Of a DNA stretch of 64,000 bases, positions 46,542 through 57,448 are shown one piece after another (position 1 is the first letter of the stretch; each line of letters opens with the position of its first letter). Source of the stretch: an uncultured Verrucomicrobiae bacterium (GTDB lineage Bacteria > Verrucomicrobiota > Verrucomicrobiia > Limisphaerales > UBA11358); the NCBI GenBank assembly GCA_963789055.1, contig CAWBJE010000001.1, positions 10,495-74,494 of the forward strand, given 5' to 3'. The notes under the pieces are model-generated. The model was not told where the DNA came from and made no database searches. It worked only from the letters and a program-made list of their open reading frames with translations. Made by a program: the position numbers and the translations under genes.

Positions 46542-49088
46542 TTATTGTAACAGCACCGACCGGTAGAATTGCGGACCGGTATTGACGGGCGCAGTAATCG
46601 TGAAGCTGAATGTTCCGCTAATAGGTGAGTTGGTGCTGATGCTGGTCCAATTTTTGAGGTCCGAAGAAGCCTGAACTGCGTACATATGGCCATCATAACC
46701 GGTAAACTGCACAACTGTTTGGTTATTCACCGGTGCAATCGAGCCGATGGAATCAGCACGCAACAATGACAATAGTTGGCTGGGAATTATTTCGTATGCT
46801 TCATCACTGATCCCGTTCGAGGATTGGACGCCATCGTTCCAGTTCAGGAATGGTGATTGTTCGGTCAGTTGTGGTATTACCAGAATATCTCCAACATCGC
46901 GGAAGAACTGTCCAGGCTGGCCTGTCCGTGCTGATTGGATGGCGTTGACCATAGCCGATGCCTGGGGTGAATTCGATGACATGACCAGCGTGCCAAATTG
47001 GGGTGGAAAGACTCCAAGACTTAATCCCAGAGAATCAGGAAGGTCGTTGGTTAATGCTGTCAAACCGTCGAACAAAACCAGCCAAGCATTTGGGTTTGAA
47101 TTATTTACGGAAAACAAAGAGCGAAGATCATTGGTATTCAGCATGGACGCCAGCAGGCTTGCCATGTGCCAGTCCCGCACGGGTGCCATTGCTGAGGCAT
47201 CCGTTGCATCCAAATCTCCCGTCCAATTCATCCAAGTGTTCGTTCCAATAGGGTAGGCAGAACCGCCAATCGCTTGGATCTCATTTAGAATATCCGACGC
47301 CTTGAGATAAATTGTCTGCCACGGCGTGCCGCGATGGATTTGGCCGAGCCAATTGCCAAATGATGATTCATTCGTGGGAAAGTTCCAATAATCCGACCCG
47401 CGCACCAACGGGTCTTTGAATGCCAGATTTACCGGATTGGAATCCACATTTGCAGTATGCGCCATCTGGCTGCTCCTGCCCCACGGCTGGTAACGGTCAT
47501 TCACCACGTTGAAACTCGGCGCGGGCAAAGGCACAATTTGGGTTGTAACATTTATGCCGGTTGTGGGGCCGCCGTTCTCCGTGCCCTGAAAGTTCAAATC
47601 ACTGGCCAGATAATGCACCAACGGATCGTTTGCCTGCCAGGAAATGTATTCAGAAGCGGTAACTGTGGGGCTGTAAGGGATTTGGACAATATAATTTGTC
47701 GCGTAAGCCTGGGCTATGCTGCTGCCGTTGTTTACCGGGCTATATCCCATAAACTCTCTGAACCCACTTATTTCATCCGGCGCTGCCACATTGTTCCAAT
47801 AGGTCACATCCAACGGCACATTGCCATCCGATATGTCAATCTGGCTCATGATTCCCCAAGGCATGCCATTCGCATTCAGATTTGTGCTCCACAGGTAGCC
47901 ATACCCGGAAGCTTGGCCGTTGGTTTGAAATTCCGCATTCAAATTGCGGCTGCTCTCCGGGCCGGCGAATTGCACATAATCAATGACGTTGTTGCCATCG
48001 AGCATGAACATCTGCAAGCGATTGGTCGTCAGCAAACCAAAATTCGGAAGGGTGAAATCATGTTTGTTCGTTTCCCAACCCAGGTTGTCTGCTAAGGGAT
48101 AGAACCCTCTCACCCCCGGCGGCGTGGTGCCGGAATAAAAAACACTGTTCGTTAAAAACTGGACCGTGGTGGCGATTGGAATGATGAAAGAATTTGCGGA
48201 TGGGTAACCATTATGCATAACCGGGTTCCACGCCGAACCCGGCCAGGATGTCAAAACGATGTTCGTGGTGATCAGATACGGCGAAAGGATTACGGACGGT
48301 GCTCCCGCATCATTGATCAACATCATTGAAAGATTGTCATTGACCACAATTTGCACCGGGTTGGGATACGAGTTGCTGTAAGAATTCCAACAGCCTATGC
48401 CAATCGAGTTGCTGACACTGAAGACAAACATTTGATTGGTGTAAAGGAAGTCTGATAGGGACAAGGTGGGGATCGTCGAGCGCGCGATTTGCAGTTTGCG
48501 CGCGATTTGCACGACGTCCTGCATGGCAAACTTGTTGAAATTCGGGAAGCCCTTCTTCGCGCCAATAATCCACGGCACGCCATAGACATTTATCCCATAG
48601 AGATTATAATTTACCCCAGGAAGCAGGCTCGTGACATCCAACGGCAAAGCCAGTTGCGGATCGCTGGTTATGGGATTATACGAATTATTTAACACCACCT
48701 GCTGGTAGCCGTTAATGTAAACATTAGTATAGCCATTTTCGTTGGTAACCCAAAAAGTCGGGCGGAAGACGGACGGATAAAAATTAGTCGAAGTGGCGTC
48801 GAAAACATTGGCTGCAACTTGAAGCAGCCGGTGGACGGCGGGCGTGTATTGGTTCGTCGGATAAATCTGAATCCGCGTCAAATCGAGATTTACTTCCGAT
48901 GACAAGAGACGCGAGGCGACATTAGTGAAAAAAACAACTGGATTTTCAGTATTGAAGATCGGCGCGGCGTTTGCCAGTTTCAACGTTACCATCAGTGCGC
49001 AAACGCAAAGCAAAAACCTCAAACAATCAGGTCGGGATGGCGTCAATCTTCGTTGAGTTGGACAACGCTGTTCCACTGAGTTTCTCAT
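46542..49088 (-). CDS. Large secreted protein with C-terminal 'FYR' module
   Basis: Signal peptide ending ANA; Asn/Thr-rich; HRGTPWQT; tail YAVQASSDLKNW...QFYR. Confidence 0.8.
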   Translation of the reverse strand: MRNSVEQRCPTQRRLTPSRPDCLRFLLCVCALMVTLKLANAAPIFNTENPVVFFTNVASRLLSSEVNLDLTRIQIYPTNQYTPAVHRLLQVAANVFDATSTNFYPSVFRPTFWVTNENGYTNVYINGYQQVVLNNSYNPITSDPQLALPLDVTSLLPGVNYNLYGINVYGVPWIIGAKKGFPNFNKFAMQDVVQIARKLQIARSTIPTLSLSDFLYTNQMFVFSVSNSIGIGCWNSYSNSYPNPVQIVVNDNLSMMLINDAGAPSVILSPYLITTNIVLTSWPGSAWNPVMHNGYPSANSFIIPIATTVQFLTNSVFYSGTTPPGVRGFYPLADNLGWETNKHDFTLPNFGLLTTNRLQMFMLDGNNVIDYVQFAGPESSRNLNAEFQTNGQASGYGYLWSTNLNANGMPWGIMSQIDISDGNVPLDVTYWNNVAAPDEISGFREFMGYSPVNNGSSIAQAYATNYIVQIPYSPTVTASEYISWQANDPLVHYLASDLNFQGTENGGPTTGINVTTQIVPLPAPSFNVVNDRYQPWGRSSQMAHTANVDSNPVNLAFKDPLVRGSDYWNFPTNESSFGNWLGQIHRGTPWQTIYLKASDILNEIQAIGGSAYPIGTNTWMNWTGDLDATDASAMAPVRDWHMASLLASMLNTNDLRSLFSVNNSNPNAWLVLFDGLTALTNDLPDSLGLSLGVFPPQFGTLVMSSNSPQASAMVNAIQSARTGQPGQFFRDVGDILVIPQLTEQSPFLNWNDGVQSSNGISDEAYEIIPSQLLSLLRADSIGSIAPVNNQTVVQFTGYDGHMYAVQASSDLKNWTSISTNSPISGTFSFTITAPVNTGPQFYRSVLLQ

Positions 49089-49127
49089 GATTAGTATCCT
49101 AATACTTCGCAGATATTTTCCTAGCCT

Positions 49128-49397
49128 TTATTTATTCCAGGCCAAAGGTTTGGAAAACAGTTTCCGTGAACGCGCTTGCTTCGCAAGGAGTCCGGTGTTC
49201 TTGCGAAAATCAGGACGTCGGTTAACCGGAGCGGGAACCGGCGAACGGGATTCACTGCTTGCTGATGGTGCGCTGTTGGTCTCAGTCGAAATTGCAAATG
49301 GCGTCTCCACCGGCTTCTTTTTTCCAAGCCACAGCATCAGCGCAACCAACTGCACGGTGATAACTGTCAGGAACAATATTGAACGTCGTATTTTTAT
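49128..49397 (-). pseudogene. Truncated paralog of the 49848-50932 gene (start ATG changed to ATA)
   Basis: (I)KIRRSILF...WLGKKKPVET versus MKIRTSFFW...WFAKKQPVET. Confidence 0.7.
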
Positions 49398-49433
49398 GGC
49401 TATTTGAGGTTGAATGCGTCAGCGCCCAACAAC

Positions 49434-49805
49434 TCACTCCTTTTTCAACATTTGAAACCATGCAAACCCAAATACCACGAATGTTACCAATTCAAGACCC
49501 ACGAAGGCGGGAACTTCTTTACGAGTCGCAAATGCGAAGCTAATAAGCGGAGCCAAGTGAGCAACTATGGCGGCGACGATCCGAATTCTGCGCTGTGCTA
49601 AGGAGGCAGCCACAACTCCGCAAAGAAAATACGATGAATATGGCAGCACGAGCCATTCTGGAGGCGGCTTATTAAAATGGCCTGCGCCATCACCCCATCC
49701 TGAAAGTGGACTCTTTGCAGTCATCAGAAACATCAAGCCGTATGTTACGGCTACACCGACAAGCAAAAACATTCCCGCGTATTTGGAGTAAGGAGAATTC
49801 GTCAT
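49434..49805 (-). CDS. Small multi-TM membrane protein
   Basis: 123 aa, about 4 hydrophobic segments. Confidence 0.65.
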   Translation of the reverse strand: MTNSPYSKYAGMFLLVGVAVTYGLMFLMTAKSPLSGWGDGAGHFNKPPPEWLVLPYSSYFLCGVVAASLAQRRIRIVAAIVAHLAPLISFAFATRKEVPAFVGLELVTFVVFGFAWFQMLKKE

Positions 49806-49847
49806 AGAAGATTGAGCAATAAAATGGACGGCCTGACTTTCAAGACA

Positions 49848-50932
49848 TTATTGTGGCGTAGTTGCTTCCCAATTACGGGAACCGTTAGCATTAGCTACTC
49901 CTTTGAACTGAAACCACATTGTGCCGTTAGGGTCGTCGTTAATTCCAAAATCCAACGAGAACTTGCAATAAACTTGCCCGCTCCTGCTCGTCAGGAAAAA
50001 CATCTTTTTGGATGTTGTCAAACCAGCCCGGATCGTCATGGTTCATCTGCACAAAATAACTGTCTTGGTAGCCGTCTGCCGGGGCTTCAAAGGTCACTTG
50101 GGCCGCGCGATAGTCCGTCTCCATGATTCCGCCATTGACAGGGACGAGCTTGATTGACCAGTCACGATGATCCGCTCCCGTTGCGTAATGATGCCCGGTG
50201 CGCGTGTCATGATGACTTCCAAATCTCCTCCGCAGGAACAACATTCCGCGTCACCAAATCAAAAAAGATTGGCGCGTCTGCGTAGGGGAGTTTGAATGTT
50301 TTGTTGATTTCCATTAGCGACTCGGCTCCTTGCAGCTTCCACATTTTGATGACCATCGGATTTCCCGCGTCTGGAACAAAATAGGCTGGCGTCTATATGC
50401 GAGTAGCGGAACGACGTGCCAGTCGTGGCCAACGCATAGCCCGCCTTCTTGGGCATGATGGCCAAATTCGCGCCCTTCGTGGCCTCGAGTATGGTAAAAA
50501 AGCCATTGGCATCGCTGGTGACAACAACCTCGTGTTGGACACCCATGGCATGGCATTTAAATACGTGCTGCTGATAATTTCGGCGCCACCTACAGGATTG
50601 CCAGACTGGTCTTCCAGCCGCCCATAAAAAACAAGTCGGGATATCGTTCGCTCGAAAGGATTTCTTTGAGCAACTCCTGCACCTTGTCTTGCGGTGGCGG
50701 AGCATCGCGGCTGGCTGGGCAGTCGGCGCGGTGACGATGAAGGCCGGCGACGAATTGGTTGGATAACACGCTTGCCGGCATGGCCGGTGTTGTGCAACTG
50801 CCGTTTGCACCGTTGGATTCTGCGGCTACCGTCATGGCAGTCTCGACTGGCTGCTTTTTGGCAAACCAAACCACCAGCACAATCAACCACAACGATGGCG
50901 ATGAACCAAAAAAAGGAGGTCCGGATTTTCAT
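49848..50932 (-). CDS. Membrane-anchored periplasmic protein with carboxypeptidase-regulatory-like domain (candidate immunity); frameshifted
   Basis: N-terminal TM, FYGRLEDQSGNPVGGAEI, TSDANGFF, C-terminal ANANGSRNWE; ATGA overlap with the upstream giant gene. Confidence 0.65.
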
Positions 50933-53900
50933 GGCCTGTTGATGTTGAAGCCCAATGTTCGGGAGAACAACAACGTATTCCAGTAGTTCCATTCCCAGGT
51001 AGTCACCGCGAAATTCCGCACTGTGCAAAGAAGTGGAAGCATAATTATTGTCCGGATGGATCAGGCGATGGCCATAGGGAAGTTAAATCAACATTTGCGG
51101 TGACATGATGAACACCAGGCGTTGCACCCAAAGCGGTGTTGTAGGCTTGGGCGGCATAAGCCATCACCTCGTCACGGTCGGTCGGACTATTCACGATTCG
51201 AAGTTCACCATCGCACCGGTGTAATCATTGGTTTTGAAAAAGTTATTCCACGGCGACGGGTCGCTGGGGCTGCCGCTGTATCCGTAATTCCAAAGCGCGC
51301 CGCTTTCCGCAACAAGAATGTCCGGCTTGAACAACTGGTCAAGCTGCCAATGCAATCGGCTCAACGCATAATCGTTGACGTTGTAAAAGCTGACAATCTT
51401 TACAGCCCCGCCACCGTAATCGCCTGCAAACCAGTCCCCGTAAATATTCGGCGTATGTGGCCCCATGTTAAATTGATACCTCCGATAACCACGTTAAACA
51501 GTAATTGGGAATCTGTCGTCATAAGTGTGCGCCGTCACCGCCGCCTGGCTCGCCACATAAGTGTTGACCAACTGAAAGTTGGTTTCCGGCCAGCGCAGCG
51601 CCTCACCAGCCACAATATTGCCCATGCTGTGTGCCATCACATAAACGTGACCGGGATATTGCAGGTTCAAAGTCGTTCAATTTGTTCAGCAGGCCAACGG
51701 CCTGACTGCCATGCATAAATTTCGCTGTTGTCAAAGTTGTCCTTCTCCGGCGGGTTGGTGACAAGCTGGCTAAAATCGCCCGTAAACCCCTAATTCGTCG
51801 GCCAGCGAAATTCGCCAAACCGGCCCTGATAGCCCTGCCAGTAAAGCCGTTTAAAGGCGGTTCGGCCAACCGGTCTTTCTCCCACGTCTCCATGTTCCAG
51901 CCGTGGACATAAAGAATGTAAGGAGTGTTCGCGTTGCCGGGATTGGCATAACGGAACGGCCATACGCCAGACGGCAAATCGTTCGTTGCAATTTGCGCCG
52001 TGCTTGGCGGGTGCGACAGTTGGGATCATCGCCCACTGTCCAGCGTTCATACATCTGCTTGATGTCCACAAGCTGAATGTAAGTTGAGGTTTTGCGCCAG
52101 CACATTGCTGTTGGCATCCATGATAGTCAAGGTCAACTGCCCGTTGCCCGTTGCCACACCGCACCAGATAAAATGATTACCTGCCCAGTGATTGGCAAAC
52201 GAACTGGCATTGAGTTGAAGGTTGTCCCCGGCCCAAGCCGCCCACATAAGCAGAATAAGCTGGATTAATTTGGGTGGCGGCGGTTAAGTTTCATTAGTCA
52301 AATACCAATGCCGCCGTCGGCATCCGCGGCTGGAAAAGATCAATCGTTGGATTGTTCGGGTTCGGGTTTCCAACGTCGCCCCAACTTAAAGTCACTAGTG
52401 GTGCCTGCTGGCAGGCCGGCAACAAGATTGGAAGTGAGGCCGCAAACCCATAGACCGCGTAAAATCTTCCAAATCGCGGGCGCAAGGGATGACACGATTG
52501 CCACTAGTCCAGATAATTGCAATCGGGTGTGGAGACGCCGGTATAAGGGAATTGGCAGCGGGGTTAGTTACTTGCAACATCGTCTTCGTAATGGTTCGTC
52601 CCGTCCGCGTCATAAGCCCATACCGATCGTAGTTATTATTGCCCAGAACAAATGAACGGGTGATTAACCGAAACAAAATCCGGCCCGTTGAACGTGGTGT
52701 CAATGGTGCCGTCATGGTTGGCGTCAAGGGCCAGCGAGATGACCTGCACGATGCCGGTGGCCTGCATCTGGGTGTCAATGTCCGGCATCGTGATCAGCGC
52801 CACCGGGCCCGGCTGCGTCGGGAAAAATTCCCCGTAGGGCGAGACTACGCCGGTGTTGGTCGTGGTGACATTGCCGTTGGCGTCCAGCATGAAGGCGTTG
52901 GTGAAGAAATACTGGCCAAGATAGGCGTATTTGGTGGGACTGCTGCCTTGAATGGAATACTTCGCCCACGCGCCCAGAATCATCGGCTGGCCAACGGAAC
53001 CGAACATAACGGTCGGCGTCTGGTTGGTGACGTTGAAATTGTCAAGTATCGGCAGCGGATAGGGTTGAAGGAAAGTTTCGCCATCGATCTCCATCGTTCC
53101 AGGAAGTTGAAATGTGTCATTGTGCGGGTTGATTACAGGCGCAAAATAATAGTTGACGAAGTTCAACGTCGGGGCCGGGCACCAACTGGCGTAACGTCCA
53201 AACTCGTAATTGGGCTCCTGCTCGGTCGTGACCGTGTCGCCGGGAACCAAGGGCTGATAAATGTAGGTGGTATTTGTTATCCAACCATTGGGCCAAGCAA
53301 CGATGCACGCCGTTTGTTCGGGCAAGCCAAACAAGTTGTAGAGGCCATCTTGCAAATAGGCGCTTTGATAATTGGTATAATTCACCTCCGTTACACCCCA
53401 ATTGGTGGTAGCAGCATAAAAATCATAAATAGGATCGTAGCCGTTGCCGGTGCCGAAAAGCGGTTGGAAAATCCAATAGGGATCGGCATGAGTCAAAACC
53501 GCCGGCGCGGGAATGTTAGTGGCGAAATTGGGCTGAAAAACAAAAATGTTGGTTCCGTACGGACCTCCTGGGTACAGGTTGATTCGGGTCACATCAACGA
53601 AATAATTGGCAAAATCATAATTTGCCCTGAATGGCCACAAATCGTCAAGTTGAGCGGAGGCGGAAGCCCATTCAAGATAAAAAGATCCGTTATGAGAAAG
53701 AAAACTGAACTCCTCGAAGTTCGTAGCAAGTTGATTAAGCGACCAGTCAAAAATAACGCCGAAGGGGTGATACAGCGACGCCCCCCGAATCACAAAGCTC
53801 AAATTCTGTTTCAGGTGCCGCCGCCCATCCACGAAATATGGAGCGTCATTGGCAATCGTTCCGGCCGTCACCGTTGCGCTGGTAGTGCCATTGGTCGCAA

Positions 53901-56199
53901 TGGCTTCCACGGAAACCGTGTCGCCCAGCAGGTTGACTATATCCGCATCGGGTATTTGATAAATACCGTTGTTCAGGTTGGCCGGAGTGATGTCTTGTTC
54001 CGTACCGTTCCAATACAGCCGGAGAGTTTGCACGTCGGACGGCAGACTGCCAAACATCAACTGCCAGCGCCCGGTGGCATTGCGCACCAGTTGCACCGTC
54101 AACTGCTCTGCCGGGGTCAATGCCGCCGGAGTGGTGGAATTGATATACGCCTGTCCGCTCACCGGGGAAGTGCCGCCGGGATAAACCGCGTCAACGGCAT
54201 AAATGGAATTGCCGTCGCCTCCGGGAACACTGCCGTTGTCCACAAAGAAAGTGAGGTTGCCCGCCACTTCGCCAATCTGTTGCGCGGAACCATATTGAAA
54301 GGTGCCGTAATTGTAATCCGTCCGGAAGATGGCATAGTTGGCAGGAGTCGGAGTGTCCGCGTCCCATGTTAGCGTGACAGTGGTTGAATTGGTGTTTTGG
54401 TTGGCCGTCAAGCTGGTAACGGCGGGCGGCGTGATAAAATTCGTCGGGTTCAATCCTTGCTGATAGTCTTGAAGGAGTGTCCAGCCGTCGCCGGCAGGGT
54501 CAGAATTCGTGTCAAGCCCAAGATGGCCAAAATACTGAAGTTCCCACCAATCTGGCAAACCGCTGCCATCGCTGGAATAGTTGGTGTATAAATCCACCAG
54601 AAATGGCGTGCCTTGCGAAAAGGAACCGGAGTTTCCCCACATATACAGGCTGCCATCGGCGGTCGAAATCATGGAACTGGTTCTCCCGCCCGCGATGGCC
54701 GTCACATTGGAAACGCTGGTCAGCAAAAAAGGAACGGTCGAACCCGCGCCACCATCGCCCAGTTGTCCGTAATCATCATTGCCCCAAACCCACAAGCGCC
54801 CGGTCTGGTCCAGAAAAAGATTATGGAACTTACCACAGGCGATGGCGATGATGTTGCTCAAACCTGAAACGGGAACGGGCGTGAAGGAACTGAGGTTCCC
54901 GATTTCACCATTGAGATTTTCACCCCACGCTTTGATTGTGCCATCCGACAGCAGCGCAATGGAATGGTAATAACCGCCGCTTAAAGCCACCGCGTTCGTC
55001 AACGTGCTGACCAAAACGGGTCGCGGCTGGTCATTTTCGTTGCCGATGCCTAATTCGGCGATTTCGTTGAATCCCCAGCCCCACACCTTGCCGTTGGCGC
55101 AAAGAGCAAAATTATGATAGTCACCCGAGGCGATGCCAATGGTATTGGTCAAACCCGGCACCGGCGCGGCGTAATCCCGCCCCGTTCCAGAACCGTCACC
55201 CAAATCGCCATAGTCATTGCCGCCCCAAGCCCACACCGTGCCGTCGCTGCGGAGCGCAATCGCATGACCGGTACCACCGGCAACGGCCACAATGTTGCTC
55301 AATTCCGGCACCACAGCGGGGGTGTCCTCATCCGCATACAGTCCGTCGTTACGGCCCAACTGGCCGCTACCATTGGCTCCCCAACTCCAAACTTTGCCAT
55401 TGGCATCCAAGGCCAGCGTAAACGAATCATCTGGGGCAACTGAAAGAGCGACGATGTTGGAAAACCCCGTCACTTCAACCGGCGCGGAACTGTCCGTTGT
55501 TTGCCCATTGCCTAATTGTCCGTTCCCATTGCTCCCCCACGCCCACAACGTGCCATCTCGTCGGATGACGACGTTATGCGAAGCTCCGGCCCCGATGATG
55601 CGCGGCGCAAATTGTGATCTCGCCCGCAAAAATAACATATTCCGTCCCAGCCTTGGCACAGCAAAGGACGTGAAATTGGTTGACCATGATCCATAGAAGG
55701 TGGCTTCCGCATTCCACGCCGGCCACGTCAAGGATTGCTTCGAGAAAAGGGTGTAGGGAACCAACAGCGAGGAATTCTGAATCAACCCATTGAAGACGTT
55801 GTTGGATACGGTCAGGCCTTTCAGCCAAAGGATTGTGCTGGTTGTCTGCCCCGCCGCCGTCTGTGCCTTGAAGAAACAACTGCTTTGAGCGCCCACCGAC
55901 ACACTCACCGTCGTCCAATTCTGATTCGTCGCCCCGGTCATCGCCGCAGCATTGCTCCAACTCGGCGCAGCGAGGGTTTGCTTGGACAACAGGACATAAT
56001 TTGTGCCCGGCGTTGTCCCGTGCAGGATCAGATTCACCCAGCCGTTGCTCACACTCGCAACGGACAGCCAGAGCGTATTGGTGCTGTTCCCGGCAAAACC
56101 GCTGCTCGTGCTAAATAAGAAAGCCGCAACGGTAAATGTGCCGGCCAAATTGGTGATGCGTTTCCAAGACGAACCGTTCCCTCGGTGGATTGCCTTCAT
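50929..56199 (-). CDS. Giant (~1750 aa) secreted protein: 2 N-terminal modules, 7 RCC1 repeats, Ca-binding repeat, Fn3-like, C-terminal alpha/beta hydrolase; 3' third frameshifted
   Basis: 1187-aa intact ORF, then pieces with LYVHGWN, AFKRLYWQGY..FRWPT, VMAHSMGNIV (51620-51634), HSAEF; stop TGA at 50929. Confidence 0.78.
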
Positions 56200-56343
56200 A
56201 AGCCTTGTTATGTTTCCGTTTTTTACCCGTCATGTTTTTAACACCGTCTTATCTGCGGTCAAGAACAAAATTAAAATCAAATACTATTGTATTCAATACA
56301 ACTGTCTGTGTTCATTCTCCTGCCGCCGCTGCATCCTGAAAAA

Positions 56344-56595
56344 ATGCGGCGTTTGGAAATGTCGGATGCCTTCGCCCTGGTGCTCCGGCGGCACCGGGAA
56401 GGAAAGGCATTGTCCCAGGAGGCGTTGGCTGAAAGGGCCGATTTGCATCCAACCTACGTTGGAATGCTGGAACGATCCTTGCGCAATCCCAGCCTGAACG
56501 TTACCAAGGCACTGGCCAAGGCGTTGGGCGCGCCGCTTTCCAAGCTCATCGCGGAAGCCGAGGCCATTCAACAACGGGCGAATCCCAAGAGGTAA
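56344..56595 (+). CDS. XRE-family HTH regulator (controller-protein-like)
   Basis: LSQEALAERADLHPTYVGMLERSLRNPSL. Confidence 0.88.
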   Translation: MRRLEMSDAFALVLRRHREGKALSQEALAERADLHPTYVGMLERSLRNPSLNVTKALAKALGAPLSKLIAEAEAIQQRANPKR

Positions 56596-56654
56596 ATTAG
56601 GCATGGCAGCAGCGCAGGAAACCGGACCGCGGATGGTTTTTTCAGGTTTGGATT

Positions 56655-57077
56655 TCATGCCATTGAGTTTTCGGGAATCGCCTCCACCAAACCAGAATCA
56701 TTATTGTTGCTGACATGTGAAAGAATGCGCGAAACAAAATCCAGTGCGTCGAACGGCTTGGTGATGTAATCCACCGCGCCAAGGGCAAGGGCAAGTTGCT
56801 GGTTTTCAATCGTGGCGCGGTCAGAAACAAAAACAATCGGGGTGTTGTTAAGATGTGGAATTTGTTTCAGGCGGCGGCAAATCTCGAAACCGTTCATGCC
56901 GGGCAGATTTACGCTCATCGTAATCAGGCTGAATCCCCCGGTTTGAGCCAGTTGCATCCCCTTTTCCGCGTTCCACGCGGTTTGCACTTCACACCCGGCT
57001 TGCGTCAGCAAATACACCGCCATCATTGAAACGCCCGGTTCATCTTCAATGACGAGAATCCGCGCTTTGTCTCTCAT
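56655..57077 (-). CDS. Stand-alone receiver domain lacking the phospho-Asp
   Basis: ILVIEDE, LITMSVNLPGMNG (S at the Asp position), GAVDYITKPF. Confidence 0.8.
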   Translation of the reverse strand: MRDKARILVIEDEPGVSMMAVYLLTQAGCEVQTAWNAEKGMQLAQTGGFSLITMSVNLPGMNGFEICRRLKQIPHLNNTPIVFVSDRATIENQQLALALGAVDYITKPFDALDFVSRILSHVSNNNDSGLVEAIPENSMA

Positions 57078-57225
57078 ATCATCACAGCCCTGATTTATCC
57101 CGACCATTCTCAAGCATTTTACCGGAAGGTGGATCCCAATGCAATAAAAATATAACTTGTGCGTTATGGTTTATCGCTCATGGAATTTGCTCCCTACGGC
57201 CGGCAGTTTGGTGTAGGCTTCCAGC

Positions 57226-57438
57226 ATTGATCCGCTGACCACAGCAGAGGTCGCGCGGATGCTTGGTATTTCTCAATCACGGGTCCGCCAGTTCATCCTG
57301 GCCAAGCGGCTCAAGGCGAGAAAACTTGGCCGCGATTTGGTGATTGAGCGAAAGGAAGCCGAGCGGTTCAGGCGCGAAGGCAGGCTGCCAGAAGGACGGC
57401 CTGCCAGTGCGGAGCGAAAACCATTACGCAAGCGTTAG
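57226..57438 (+). CDS. HTH_17 (excisionase-like) DNA-binding protein, non-canonical or mutated start; not in the ORF track
   Basis: IDPLTTAEVARMLGISQSRVRQFILAKRLKARKLGRDLVIER; in-frame TAG four codons upstream. Confidence 0.65.
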   Translation: MDPLTTAEVARMLGISQSRVRQFILAKRLKARKLGRDLVIERKEAERFRREGRLPEGRPASAERKPLRKR

Positions 57439-57448
57439 CGAATTCTTG

